From Psilocybe cubensis (lineage: Eukaryota), in the NCBI GenBank assembly GCA_017499595.2, contig CM039002.1, forward strand, positions 1-64,000: a stretch of DNA of 64,000 nt, written 5' to 3'. A program made the translations under genes and the position numbers. Of the stretch, positions 8,401 through 21,699 are shown piece by piece (the first letter of the stretch is position 1; each line of letters opens with the position of its first letter). The notes beneath the pieces are model-generated. The model ran no database searches. It worked only from the letters and a program-made list of their open reading frames with translations, and was not told the DNA's origin.

Positions 8401-8917
8401 GTAGGAAGTAAGGTAGGCGTGTGAACTTCCGAACGGCATGTGATTGTGAAGGGCCGGATCTAATTTAGTACATGGGAAAAGTTACTTAGTACTTCGGGAA
8501 AAGTTCCTTAGTACCGTGGAAACATTTTTGATGGACCGGATCATGAACTGTCCAATTAAGATTCACAACAATCAATCATTCTATTATTTGATTGTTAGGT
8601 AAGGACCCAGGTAAGCTATTTATACTCTAGACATGTGAATATTCCCATGTCGCGGTTACTCGGAGCCACGTAACCAGAGTAATCTATATCCATGTGATTC
8701 ACATCACAGTCAATAACCCACGATGTCAAAGAACAAAAGTGTTGGATCCACTTTTGACAGGTTACCATGTGCCACATCGACCCGTGACACTCTGTTCATC
8801 AGAGACCTGTCTAACTTGACAATAAACATTGACAGATTTGTGATAGTCGGTAAGATACATGACAGCTGCGCAGCATCACTTCACGCGCTGTCATCGGATG
8901 TCTAGAACATTCCTTCT

Positions 8918-8995
8918 AAAGAATAGCCACTGAAGAGTCTATAAAGACGAAAGGGCTGGTTGTTGGGATCCCCCAACAGCCCTCTGGCCTTCTTT
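8918..8995 (+). ncRNA. Type I hammerhead ribozyme, copy 6, in the 3' pLTR (cleavage after C8984)
   Basis: gcca CTGAAGA gtct ataa agac GAAA gggctg...cagccc TC tggc. Confidence 0.92.
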
Positions 8996-9073
8996 CTATT
9001 TCAAACTCACAGTTTAAACTAGTCGCTCGCACCTCGCTTCGCTCGGTGCTCGCTCCCCCCCTAAAACCCTAAG

Positions 9074-12000
9074 CCCCACGCGGTAGGCGCCTTTCCTGAT
9101 TGCATTTGTTGTTTGTGTTTCGTGTTCAAAATCTTCTTTTGTTGTCGTTTAACAGCCCTGTATGGTAAAGTAGTCAAAAGACAAACAAAGAAGAGCGCAA
9201 CAAAGAAGCGGGGTGCGTATTACTGACATACTGTGCACCGGGCAGCGGATGATGCATACATGAAGGGTAGGCGGCAGAAGAAGAGGGGGAGGACGATGTT
9301 CTGAAGAATTTTGAGTCGAGCAGGAGCTTGGGAGGATTGTATGAACGGGGAGTTTAGCATTGAAAACTATAACAAGGCAAAAGCAGCATGGGTAGTAAGC
9401 GATAGAGTCGAGATATGATGTGGTGAGCATAAAAAGCATGGACATTGGAGTACAGGCATACCACAAAACCTGACGGAGGGTGATGAGAAGAGCTTCACAT
9501 CAACCTCTGGAAGCGGCACGGTTGCCTCCACACGTCTGACAACTCTATCGCTCTTCCTGACCCCGCGCGGGACCAGGTAACAAACCGTAAATCACCTTTA
9601 TGAACGGAAGGCGTGGGTTGTAAACCACAGAATAAGAGGAGGGGGATGTGCTGGGGATCGAGGAGTCCAGCGGGAGATTGTTCGAACATCAAAATGAGAC
9701 TTGACGAATGAAATGAGGCAGAACGCTTAGGGAATCTGGGAAGGAGTCAGGAAAAGAAGCGGAATCGTGCATGTCAAGGAGAAGATGGGAGACATACCAC
9801 AGATATGGATAGAAAACAGCCCAACCTAGACCTCTGTTGTGGAACACCCCATTCTCACGCTCAAATCTGTCGGGAAAGTGATGGGATGTACCCGGTATTG
9901 CGCAATTGAGCCTTTTGACGAGAACAAGGAGGGAGGAACTCACGGTGGTCCTATCTAAAAAGGGAAGGGGTTGGAGAGGATGCGAGTGTTCGAGACGTCG
10001 TAGAAGATGGGTGAAAATCGAATACGTGTAGGTCGCATGCTTGAGGATGGGATCGATCGCTTATTTGAGTGAAAGGGAGGTGGTATTATAAGTATGCTAC
10101 GACGTACCATGAGGGTTCAAACGCATCAGCAACCACCCTCAATGCATACATGTTCTAGAGGTACAATGTGCCCAGGAGGGTGACAGGATCCGGCGGTTGG
10201 TTTATGTTTGTGTGCTATGCGGATGGGGAGTTGGTGTGGTGTGTGTGAAAGAACCTTTAAATGTAAGATCATAGCTGTCTGAATTAGGTGAAGGAGGCCC
10301 TGGAAGGTGGGTTAAATCTCGCGTCGCCCAAAGCCAACGCCATCGTGTTTGTCGCACAGTGTGAGCCGAAGACGTTCAATCTCCGCTCGAAACTCGATCA
10401 CGTCAGCGCTATTTTCTCCCACGCCGCTGTATAAACCTTCAGCTTCAGCTACAACCACCAAGTTTGCAAGCGCGATCATGTATCACTTTCATCTGTTCAA
10501 TATGCATAATTCACTTGGACTAATCATTGTGGCTCTTGTCCATTTGATAATTCGGTGCGAAGTTCTTGTCTTTTATGTCCCAACTTGATCGATTCTCTCC
10601 TCAAACTCCCACCTATCGAATCTATCTTAACACTCGTCCACTAAATACCAGGCAATGTTGTGGGTTTTATAGATACTTTCGCTAAATTGCGTGCACATAT
10701 TGACTGTGAGATTCCAGAAACACTGCGTAGTTCCAACACAAATAATGAAACATGGCGCTAGGTGCGTCATTTAACATCTACATATGAGTTCATCTAATTA
10801 CCCTGTCCGTCTAAAATCATTCACTCATCACTCTTCAGTGAAGCCAAGGATGTAGAACATCGGCTGAACGAGTTGTTAGAATAGGCCCACAAGTCCGTAT
10901 CTCGAGAGGTGTTTTCATAGGTTGAGGAGTTACAGTCAACTTTAGCACATAGTTATAGCTACATCTGTGATCTAACCGTGGTTTTTCTAACCCGGTTCCC
11001 CCTCTTCATCGTTAATTCATTTGAATTTACATATAGTATGGATGTTGGCGGTCGTTTCTCACAAAATGAGTATCTCTTAATTCATTACAAGGATTTTTGG
11101 TTTTGAGTGCGGGACAGCGTATCATCGTATCTGCACTTGATATCTACAACGGTGACGGAGTGTACGGTTTCAGGTGATAGATTCGGCGGGGCGGTGGGAA
11201 AGAATTACTGTGCATATTGTGTGTGGTTAATCAGTTATAATCTACCCGGTGTAGTACTACACGTCGCGGAGACAGTGTGCCGAATACTTGATACCTGCGC
11301 AACGTATCCAGGAAGGAGAAAATGATGTTTGACTAATAAGGCGTAACCACAAAACACAGTAAATTTCTCTACCTTGAGGTCGTTGTATGGTGTTCTGGTT
11401 CTGTCACATCCAACGTAATGGGAAAGAGAGCTTCAAAGCGTAGTGATGGAATATCAAAAGATACCGCTAGCACGGGTTCCCACAGCCAAAAGCCAGCGCA
11501 GGGTAATGACTGTGTTCAATGTTTTTTTTTCTCATGTTATAAAGATCGAGCCATCCACTGTTCATCTCAAAGATTCCCACTACATTCCGCTCCCAAATGT
11601 TGCATCTACACTTGTATTTCTCTTCAAATTGATGTCCTCGATGTCGCTCATGTTACATGCTACACAGAGAGAGAACAGAAAAACTCAACGGGGGAGTGCA
11701 GTAACCTCGCCCATACAACCTTGCCGTGTCCTCCATCCGGAGAGATAGGTAAGCAAAACATTACATTCAAGCATAGAGAACATCACCAGCAAGAAAGCCC
11801 CGGGTTCACGCCCGTTGAGCAGATATCCGAATGGATAACTGACTCGTCAGGAGATGCTTGAAGGTATATTTTGAGTTCCTGTCTCTCGAAGTGTTTGGAA
11901 CTTATGTAAATGGTTGCAGGTCGGGCCTCAAAACGAGCAAGGAAATGAAAGTATCGTGCGGGGGCGACATGTTGAACCCCATCGGATGCCCTGCCCATTT

Positions 12001-12160
12001 CTAGGTCAACGGAAAGCAAGATCATTACCTTTTATAGGACACACAAGTTCGCATCCACCTCACAGGCTGAACCAGCAATTCTATTTCAGCTAGACGTGCC
12101 TGTTGGCACGTCAAGACAGCAAACGGGCCTGCCTCATAGCAGAAACACCCCGTACAGGGT
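9074..12160. repeat. Subtelomeric segmental repeat; inverted paralog at ~58680-62293, partial direct paralog from 22481
   Basis: Visible colinear similarity, e.g. 10300-10460 vs the reverse complement of 60470-60640, and 11100-11640 vs 59350-59870. Confidence 0.8.
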
Positions 12161-12790
12161 CATCCAGACCCAGCACAATGCAGTGCCACACCACAGCAAT
12201 GAGGGTTTAGTATTCATGCGAGGTGCGTACATTGTTTATTGCAATTTCACCTTGCTCAATCCTCCTTTTGGAGAGGCAGATAGTCATGATAAAGTGTCTG
12301 AGAACCAAGAACACGAAGACTCAGCCTCCGCATTCCCACATGTTGAGCCAACATTCACGAGGAGTGCCGGATCACTAGATGATACTCAAAGGTATATTTT
12401 GATTCTCCGTCTCTCGCAATAGAGGGGACTGATGCAAAGGTTGTAGATCCGAGCCTCGAGACACACAAGGAAACGGACGGTACTTTTGTTTCGAAAAATC
12501 ACATACCGAGTGTTTTGATTTGAGATTTGTACATCATGTCAGCTCAAGACGGAAAGGAGCTCCCCGCCCGTACAACAGGGTTGGCAATAGAGGAGAAAAA
12601 TGGTGGAACACATAGTCCGCATAGATCTCAATGAAAATGTAGTGTATAGAGGAATGAGGCCCGACGTAGGCCCACCGAAGAAAATGAAAAGTAAGCACTC
12701 CAATTGTGGATATGCAGACAGTCAGCTGATTCTCGCACCTTCTTTCGCCCCTAATCTTTGATACCTGTAGTTCGTAGGCCGTAGTACAAA
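11590..12790 (+). pseudogene. Orphan subtelomeric gene family copy (degenerate)
   Basis: PVGTSRQ, PHVEPT and VRIDLNENVVYRGMRPD-like motifs shared with the copy at 23820-25145; internal deletion; boundaries approximate. Confidence 0.55.
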
Positions 12791-14737
12791 GCGGTTGGGG
12801 AGCGGGAGACTAACGTCAGATGGAAGGAGTAGTCAAATATTTTATCTATCTTATCACTGCATCTTATCAATTTGTATGAGTTTGGTCATGGCGTAATCGG
12901 CAAGCTTCAATGAGTGTGAGATTAAAGTAATCTGTGGGTGACAGTAACATTGGTAAGGTCGTGAATTGTTGATACAGTCTGATGTAGAACTTGGCTGATA
13001 AAAGGAAGTTCTGATTGATATTTAAAATAATAAAGAACATGTTTTACAATGCTGCTTCAACCCAATTCTATTCTAAAACTGTATGTATATAAATGGCATA
13101 ACCTTCTTCATACATCTTCAGCTAGGCGGTTTGGAGCTGCTCAACTGTAGTCCTGGTTGTCAGTTCTGGGAAATTTCAGGTGGTAGAATTAGTCTCTTGT
13201 ATATATACACCATACCTAAGTAACTCACTTTTCAGACTACGGGGTCAGTGCAATCTTATCGCGGTATTACTTTCCATGGACGGTCGATCGATGCCCTTCC
13301 TATATAAAGTCGATTGATGGACTGAGGAGCATCTATCAGAAGCGGGAAATTTTTATTGGGGTCAATCCAGACACGCACCACCGCTTCTGACTGCTCCATC
13401 TTCGCCTGAAATGCTAATACAGTCGACTTTAAGGTGCACAGAGCAGTGGTGGTGTCTCTCTTGAATGTGTCAAAATCGTGGCAAGACTCTTGAAACCAGG
13501 CTGGTGCCATCTCTAAAGATAATTGGTATGGCAATCAGGACTTTCTGAGCAGACAATTTGTTACCTCCAGGGACAGTCTCCTGCAGAGACTCCACATAAT
13601 TTGCAGCAGACATCAAAGCAGATTCCGTAGCTGGAACTAAATGTTGTTAAACTTGTGTAAGGGATGCTACCATAGTTGCGGGTTATGAGACACCTACATC
13701 GTCAAGCGCTGGCAATATCCCCTTATTCAAAGTGATTGATTCTTTCAATACAACGAAATTGGACAAGGGCGTGGAAGTTTGAACGGCTAGATGCTGAATG
13801 TGAGATAAAAAGGGCAAGGGGGAAGTGGACTCGCCGTTGCATGATGAGCGTCTATCATGTGAAGGTAATCTTGTTGTGGCAAGGAAAGTCCTGGTCTGGT
13901 TTGCCAAACCCTTGAACGTCAAACGGCGAACGGCGAGTCATGAACCTGGCGGTAACGTGGCGCTTTGCCATAGTAAACACGGACACATTGTGTGTTGTAT
14001 CCTTCTCCAGTAAATATTTGTGCACTGGCTTAGCGTCCCCGACCTTCGCTTTGTTTCCTAATTATTGCATTCCTGTGATTGTAAAGAACCGCAATATTTG
14101 AAACATTTAGCTCTGAATCTCGTCTTTAAGTGTGATTTAAATTGAGTGCATCGCTCTGACTTTTAACGCTTATTAGGAAAAACCACCCACCAAACAACTA
14201 CTCACACTACAGCAACATAGGTTTGACACAGCAGGTATCATGTTACCGGGTGAGCGGTACGGATAGGTACAAAAAGTGAATGACCGTACTAAGGGCATTG
14301 GTTTGGTGGGAAAAAAGTACTATGCATATTGTGTGTTGTTTACCCTTTGTGATCTACCCGGTGTAGTTGACACATCGCGGCCACCGCGTGTTCCACACTC
14401 GATTCCTTAGGCTGGAGGTAGAAATTGCTGTTCAAACGAGGGATAATCACAGAAGATCGTTAATTTCTTTACCTTGAGGTTAATGTCTGGAGTCCATTTC
14501 TCGTCCCATCGAGCGCAATGGAAGAGAGTACTAAGAAGCGTGGTGATCAAACACCAAAAGGTGGCGTTAGCATGCTTTCCCACAGCCAAAAGCCAGCGCT
14601 GAGGGATGACTTGAAGAAGGCGTGTTCAGGGTTTTTTTCTCATGTTATAAAGATCTGACCATCCACTGTTCTCTCCCAGTTTCTCACCACCTTGACCATC
14701 CCCAATCTTCGCTTCAGAGCCCCGCACTGTTTTCCCA

Positions 14738-16140
14738 ATGTCCCAGTCCAACATCTTCAATTTGTGGAACATTATGCTCAGTCAGAGTGAATCTGAAGCA
14801 ACCAGTACCACTGGTGAGACCATTATTGTCAATACGAGTGCATTGGGCTAACACTGATCGTGTGGGGATGAATAGATAGCTGCCGTGAACATATAAACGC
14901 ATTCCATGGTTTCGAAGGAGGCGTCAATGAACTGTTACTCCCCTCAGTTTTCCAAGAATATTACATGCCTGGTACGGATTGCTATCCCTTTCCTCACAGC
15001 CTGTGTTCACAAAATTCTGCAGAACAAGATATTCAGGTGTTTAACTCAATTCCCCAAACCCATGGCGGTAACGACGATTTGCAGGAAGGACTACTGAGTC
15101 TCGGTAATGCCGCCATGGATGTTGTTCACCATTCCGCGGCACAAGGTGTACCATCTGCGGTTCCGTACACGTTGCAGGATTTAGCGCAAATATGGGATTC
15201 TAATGTTTCATCTCTAAATGACTCTCTGGTCGATCCCGTGGAAGCCCATTCAAGCGCAGCATTCTATGCCAGGCCGGCTGCTATGCCTATGCGCAGCTCA
15301 TCCGTTGAGGTTCCCAATCCAGTGTACACAGATTACGCACACCATGGATATGGAGAACCATCAAGATCACATTCCGGCTCTATGTCAAGGACTTCATTGG
15401 CTCAGATGCCAATTGATACTTTTCTAATGGAGCACCAGACCAAAGTTGGAGCATTTCCTGTATCAATTATTCCTTCCCCACCAGACCTACCTGTTGGTCC
15501 ATCAAGACAGCGGCCAAGGGGCATGTCTCATCGCATGTACACCCCGCATAGGCTCGTAGCGAAGAAACATAACACAGCATCACACCGCATAGAGTGCGCT
15601 CACAATCTGCAATTTAATCCAACCTGGCCCATCCCTCCATCTGGAGAGATGACCAATCAAAATACTGTGTCCGAGCAAGGGCAATTCCGAGGAGGCGAAG
15701 GCTCCGGGGTTATTCCCGTAGAGCAGACATCCGAAAGGATATCTGGATCAAGAAGTGCTCGAAGGTATATCTGATTTTTCATCTCTCGAGATTTATAGGA
15801 CTGATGCCAAATGTTGTAGATCCGAGCCTCAAGAAGACCAAGGAAATGGAAAGTGAGTATGGTTCAAATTCACGCACCGAGTCTGGATTTCACATGTTTT
15901 TGCATAATGTCAGAGTGGCACCCAAAAGAGGGCCTCGGGCAGGAAACCGGAGCGCCAAACGAGGGGGAAAGCCCTTCGTACGTCAAGTACGCATAGACCG
16001 AGTCACTGGAAAGCCGGTGTACCAAGGCATGAGACCCGACACAAAACAACAAACAGAAAAGTAAGCTCTCCTATCACAGGTCTACAAATAATGAACTGAC
16101 TCGCACACCTTTTCTCCTGACAGTACCAGTGATTCCTGTG
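14738..16140 (+). CDS. Orphan multi-exon subtelomeric family protein (S/P-rich, C-terminal VRIDxxGxxVYQGMRPD)
   Basis: ORFs 14965-15774 and 15804-16064 with GT-AG introns at positions shared among paralogs; boundaries approximate. Confidence 0.55.
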
Positions 16141-19100
16141 ATTTGTAGGGCATGGGATATAGCGGTTGGGGAGCGCGGGACTACCGTTGGATAGAATAAT
16201 CATCAGAGAGAAAATATTTATCTTATCGTAGCATCTTTTCAGTTTGTATCGATTTGGTCACGGCATTGTCGGCAAGCTGGATTGAGTGTGGGAAAAAAGC
16301 ATCGCAGTGCGCACTCTGACTTAGTGAATCCTTTAAGACTCAATGTCGAACCTTCATAGCTTTAAGTTAAATGTGACAATAATATGTGTATCAATATCTT
16401 GAAATTGTACTGTCGCTCAGATTCCAAGGCTGATTTTGTGCGTCATTTAACTCAGAATGCAATTCAAGAAGATAAATGATATTAGGTATTTTCATGCCAA
16501 AATAACTGTGTACATCTCCATGTTTCATCGAGTAAATACCAATAACAGGAAGATAAAACCTTCTACTTCTTATTATCGAGCTCAGCATGGTATTAAACCT
16601 CAACAAATCGAAAGCTATCCGTCAGATTCAACCACCTCTCATTAAGATAACACACCGTCAGAACATAGCGATATCCGATTAGACACCCAGGAAAGCAAAA
16701 TGACACTCAAGAGTTCAGATCACTCACGTTTTTGTAGTCCAAGCTGTAGGGGTATTTTCTTTCTCTCCATCCTCTTTCATTTTCGTTGAGTACATCATGA
16801 ATGTTGACCTCTACCTGAATCGCAGAAAACGGATGAGGATATTGCTGCGTTAGCCTACCCAATCACTTTAGATTGTGGTGCGATGTTGCTGTTCAATATG
16901 CGGTGTAACTGTCGATCTTGTTTTCCCATACTTTTAGTTTTGAGGGAAGAAGAGATGGGATGCGAATGGGCTCAGCATCATCTGCTATCTCTCAACGAGG
17001 TTCGTAGACACTGTAAAATCAACGCCGGAAAGATGATTCATCCCAATATAAAATTAACTAAATATCTCTACGAAGAAAGATGCAAACGACTTACACTCAA
17101 CCAAGAACGAACGGATCGTGTCTGACCACAATATTTTTGCCTGTTCAGCAAACATACATCCGAGTTCCTCGGCTTTTGTGCCAGTATTGGTGGACTGGAA
17201 GAGCTTGCTACAGTGCTAGCGTCGATGTGTCGCTAGAATAGTGGAGGGATTGAGGGATCGACTGTAGCTATAGACAGATAATGGATGGTGATTGAACGAT
17301 GTGGATATCGAGGTCGACGTCGAGGACGGGGTAGTTGGGGTGTGTGGAACAAAACACTCATAGTAGAGTGTCTTATCTTCATGCCACGGTATAGTAGGCC
17401 TCTGAATCCCGTATGAGGGGTGATTATACAAAACATCGAGAGTTGGGTATTGCAATTGAAGATTTACGCGGTGATCAAATATATGAATTTCAGGAAACAA
17501 ACGTCTCTTTATTTCTAAGTCAGAGAAAGAAATCATTTTACTGAAGTCTGTAACAACCCTCCCGATTGTCTCTCTTTCTTTGGCATATTAACATAATCAA
17601 AATGGCTCACCAAATGACAATTTTCCACAAATATCTCATTGTTCTCCGTGTTCCAGGTATTGTATGCATCCAAGTCCCTGAAACTACGGGCTATGAACAG
17701 GGGATGTGAGCATTTCAAGTCATATGTGCGCATACATGACCACCTTGATTAGAAGCAGGCGAGCGTAACAGGTCCGGTAAATACCGTCGCTCAAGGGACG
17801 TGGCGAAGTATACAGATATCTAGTCGACTCGCAAGTAGCCCTATTGAGTTTATATTGACACGGTGTGCATGGTACCATAATCACTCACTCATGATCAACC
17901 TCCCACACGCGCGCCAATTGAAACGGCCTTTGTCAAGCCCATCATCTAACCCTCCTTGCCCTATTCCACGTTTCGATGAGAGTTTAACGATATATGCATA
18001 ATCTGCGCTCGCTGCCCCCAAATTTTGTATTCGTCAGCCTCAAGGGCGATTCCTACGCCGCATACAATTGATCGGTGTTAGCTAGGGAGTCTCACTTCAC
18101 ACGTTGTGCGCTGCTTTACCTGCTAGTATTTGTATTCGCGTTCATGTTCGTGACCTGTATGTCATATAAATCAAGTGCACGCACAAAGACGGTAAGGACA
18201 AAGAATAAACGGATTGCATACGACTGCTAAACGGCTTAACTGTAAACCGACAACGCATAACTGATGGTGATGCCGCAGTAGATGAGGGAGGAGTGCTGGG
18301 CAGCAATGAATCGAGCGGAAGGGAAGTGTTGGGAATATGGTGTCGAGCGGAGGCTTGGTAGGGAACTGTGTAAGCGTCACAGTGGGCCTTGATAAATACA
18401 GTGAGGCGGAGGTTTTAGGAAATTGGTGGAGGGGTCGAAAGAAGACGCGGAGGTAGGGATAGCAGGGACTGGAAGAGGGGACATACCAGACGAATCGAAG
18501 GAGAAAAACCCAACCACAACATCCGGAAGTGACATAACTCTCTCCGCACGTAAACAAATTCTATCCATCTCCACAGCCCCCCGCGTTCCCCACTCACAAG
18601 CTGTCAAATATCCCCATGCTCACGGTCCAATCCGTCTAGAAAGTAGTCAAATGGGCGGCGCATCGTGTTGGCGAGTCTTCTGTAGAGCACTCGGGGGCGG
18701 TGCGTGTGGTGATCTTCCATGTCATTGACAAAAGAGTTCGGAGCGGAAGTGAGTGTGAAAGATGCCAGGAAAGGTTTATGGATAGTGATTAAGCGGAGGT
18801 AGATGAATTGAATGGGTGTGCCTTGTGCATGCTCTGGTACGAGGACGTGATCGATGGCTAGTAGGATTAAGATGACTGTGGTGACGGTACGACGCGTTAT
18901 CACAATATACCATTGCAGCGAACCTCAAATCACTTCGATGTATACATGTCTTAAAGGGATGAGGTGGGCGAATGGATGACAGGAGCCGACGGGAGGTTTT
19001 TGTTTGGGTAATCAATATTGCATACCGTGGAATATCCATGCGAAAGGATGATTCCCCTGTATAATGCATATATTCGAAGGAATTGACCTCGCCAGCGAAC

Positions 19101-21699
19101 TGCAGAGTATGTGGTTAGACTGAACGAGCGGAATGTGAGAATATAGAGAGCGGAGTGAGGCAGCCTGCCAGGCGCAGAGACCGATTTATGGAATGGGGTG
19201 CATGTGTGGAGGACGTATTTGTGGAGTAGATCGTGAAGGAAAAGGAAGGAATGTGGAGGAGGGACGGGAAGATAGACACTTAGAGCTTTTATAGCCATTA
19301 TCAAATGTAAGTGAACGGGACTCATCAGATGTGTTTAAACAACAAGGGTTGCACCATGAGGCAGTCGAGCGTCCTTGAATTGCAGATGTGGGGGTGGACA
19401 TACACGGAGCATGCATGTGCCAGTGGCTGTCTGGAGCAATTCGCAATCTACAACACAGGCAGGTTGTTTTGGTTCAAAAGAGGGTGGGGTGAGATTCCAG
19501 ATCGAGATCGACGACTTCCACATCTACGGCAAGGACAGAATCTCAGCACATCGGTGGTATACCAGAGTCAACGCACCAGTGACCTTCCTTAATAAAAGGT
19601 CTACCCGGACCGATTTTTCCCTGCCTATAGCCGTTCAAGTTCTTCGACTTTCGCAAAGACTTTCGAACGCGCGTTGTCGGACAAAAAACCATTTGGTAGC
19701 CGTGAGTTGATTGAGTTACGTGTCGAGGAAATGATGTGCTAGGGCGCAAATGTAAGAGTGTGTATTGAAACAAATAAGTTGTGTAAGCCGTAGGGAAATA
19801 TGAACTTGAGTGAGCCTTGTCGAAGAGTCGCCATCGCGCGTCAGCACAAAGTGCAAGGTTCAAACAGGTCTGGGCCTCACGGGCACAGCCACAAATCAAC
19901 ATCTGCACCGCTAAGCACCTTAATGGGCTGCTCGGATCAACACGCTTTGCAGTCGGCACAGTCTCTCGTGCTACCACTTTACCTCGCCATGTGCACCTGT
20001 CCCGATACCTGCACCATTCGCACGTACACTCTGCCTCAGTGAATATTTTGAGACTCAACGCTCAACGTTCAACAAACCACTACTCACACCCGGCCGAACC
20101 CGCGTTCTCCAGTCTCCGTCCTCTTCATCTGGTGCGTCCTCGCTTCTGCGTACCGGCTGTGTGTTGCTTGAGAAGCAACGTATTGTCGTATAACACAAAT
20201 AAATATTGTCCTTTAGAATTCGGACGCCGATATTAAACAAGAGCGTCGTTGGCGTGTGATTGGGTACATATAGGGTCGCGGTAAATTTGAGTGCTATTGG
20301 GTACTATTGAGAAGCGAAGCGACAGTTTGAGTGGATGAATTGGATGCGCGTGCGTGTTTGTAAGCTAAGTAAGTGTCCTTCAATGATTTTTATTCTCACT
20401 GTTTCCTCTCCATAGAATATACTACCCCCTTCATCCTTACATCGTAACCATTCCACCCCCAAAATTTATAGCTCATCGCACCCTTTTGCACGGTGGTATT
20501 GTCTGGTCGGTATTGAGCCGCTCAAACTGACCATCATGTACAGCATCGCTTGGAGGAGTTATTTTTTGAACCGGTGTTTGAGTGAGTCTCAACGTCACAT
20601 CTTATCCCAATTCCACTCAACTCTGTGCGCCTCGCTAATTGCATATGACTACCCTGCTTCCCAATCTCTTCCGCTCTACTCTCTCTGTCAAATCCCTCTC
20701 TCTCTGTTTAACCTCTGAAACATCGCAGTATGGCTCCGCGACATACCGTCTTGTCGCACCACTACCTCTTCCCCGCTCCTTCCCGTATATTCCATAGTCT
20801 GATTTTGACTCGTCAACCCGTGTATACATTTATGGGGGGTGTCTGCAATGCTTCTGCGTCGTATGTTTCTGAATGATTAGTGCTCAACGGACAGATCTTG
20901 AGACAGAGTCGTGCCTTGATCCTAGCGAGCATGTTGACGCGACGCGGCACTTGTGACTTCATGCGAGAGTGTATTCCCATGTGCAGACTCATCGTGCAAT
21001 GTTTATTTACCTCTGCGTCACATCCGTCTGGGTCCCTGGTTTACCTGATCGCGTCTCACCGTCCACCCTCTCTACAGGATGTATTGCGCAATACTAAATA
21101 TTGCTATAAATTTTCTATCACTTGCTATCATTATGCCGTCAACGCAGGTGACCGCTGTTCAATTTCGATGCTACATCAGCGTCGACGTATAGTATATCAT
21201 CAGTGGACATTCATAGATAGCACTACAGTTCAAATGAACTACCGGAGGTTGAATGCCTCTCAATTGCCTCTCAACCATAGCCAAAATCTGCCTTTTCACC
21301 CAATGATACGGTATGCGTGTACAGCGGCTTCTTCTGACCGAGACTCTGATATTCTCACATGTCCATTATTACCTGATAATAACAAATGTATTGTTTCTCA
21401 GAGATAAAACATAATTTTTTCATTCAACTCCCAAATTCGTTTGTTCGAAGACGGTAGAACGTATGTGGAGTGCAACACGCTCTTGAGCCTCGGCAGTTGA
21501 ACGCGTAGCGGTAACCGCACAGAAATGGGAGGTAAAGGTAGAGGTAGACCCACTTTGCTGCCCTTCGTTGGGATGATTCCCACGGCGAAAGGAATACACA
21601 GAGGGCTGATTTGGGGCGCTACAATTTGGATTGCTGATTTAATACTTGCTCTGATCCTGGTATAATTCGCCATCATCTTCCAAATCACTACAATACTCG

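Larger units (their letters stand above)
3011..9065 (+). mobile_element. Full-length telomere-associated, endonuclease-less Penelope-like retroelement (Coprina/Athena type) with 5' and 3' pLTRs
   Basis: PLE-type RT ORF with no GIY-YIG; direct terminal repeats (~3011-3636+4566-4646 vs ~8358-9064); telomeric repeats on the sense strand; 5' end faces the telomere. Confidence 0.93.

Noticed and set aside
13200-14020. Coding-like minus-strand fragment with Cys residues
   Set aside because: Interrupted, and I cannot assign a family; possibly a gene or transposon relic.
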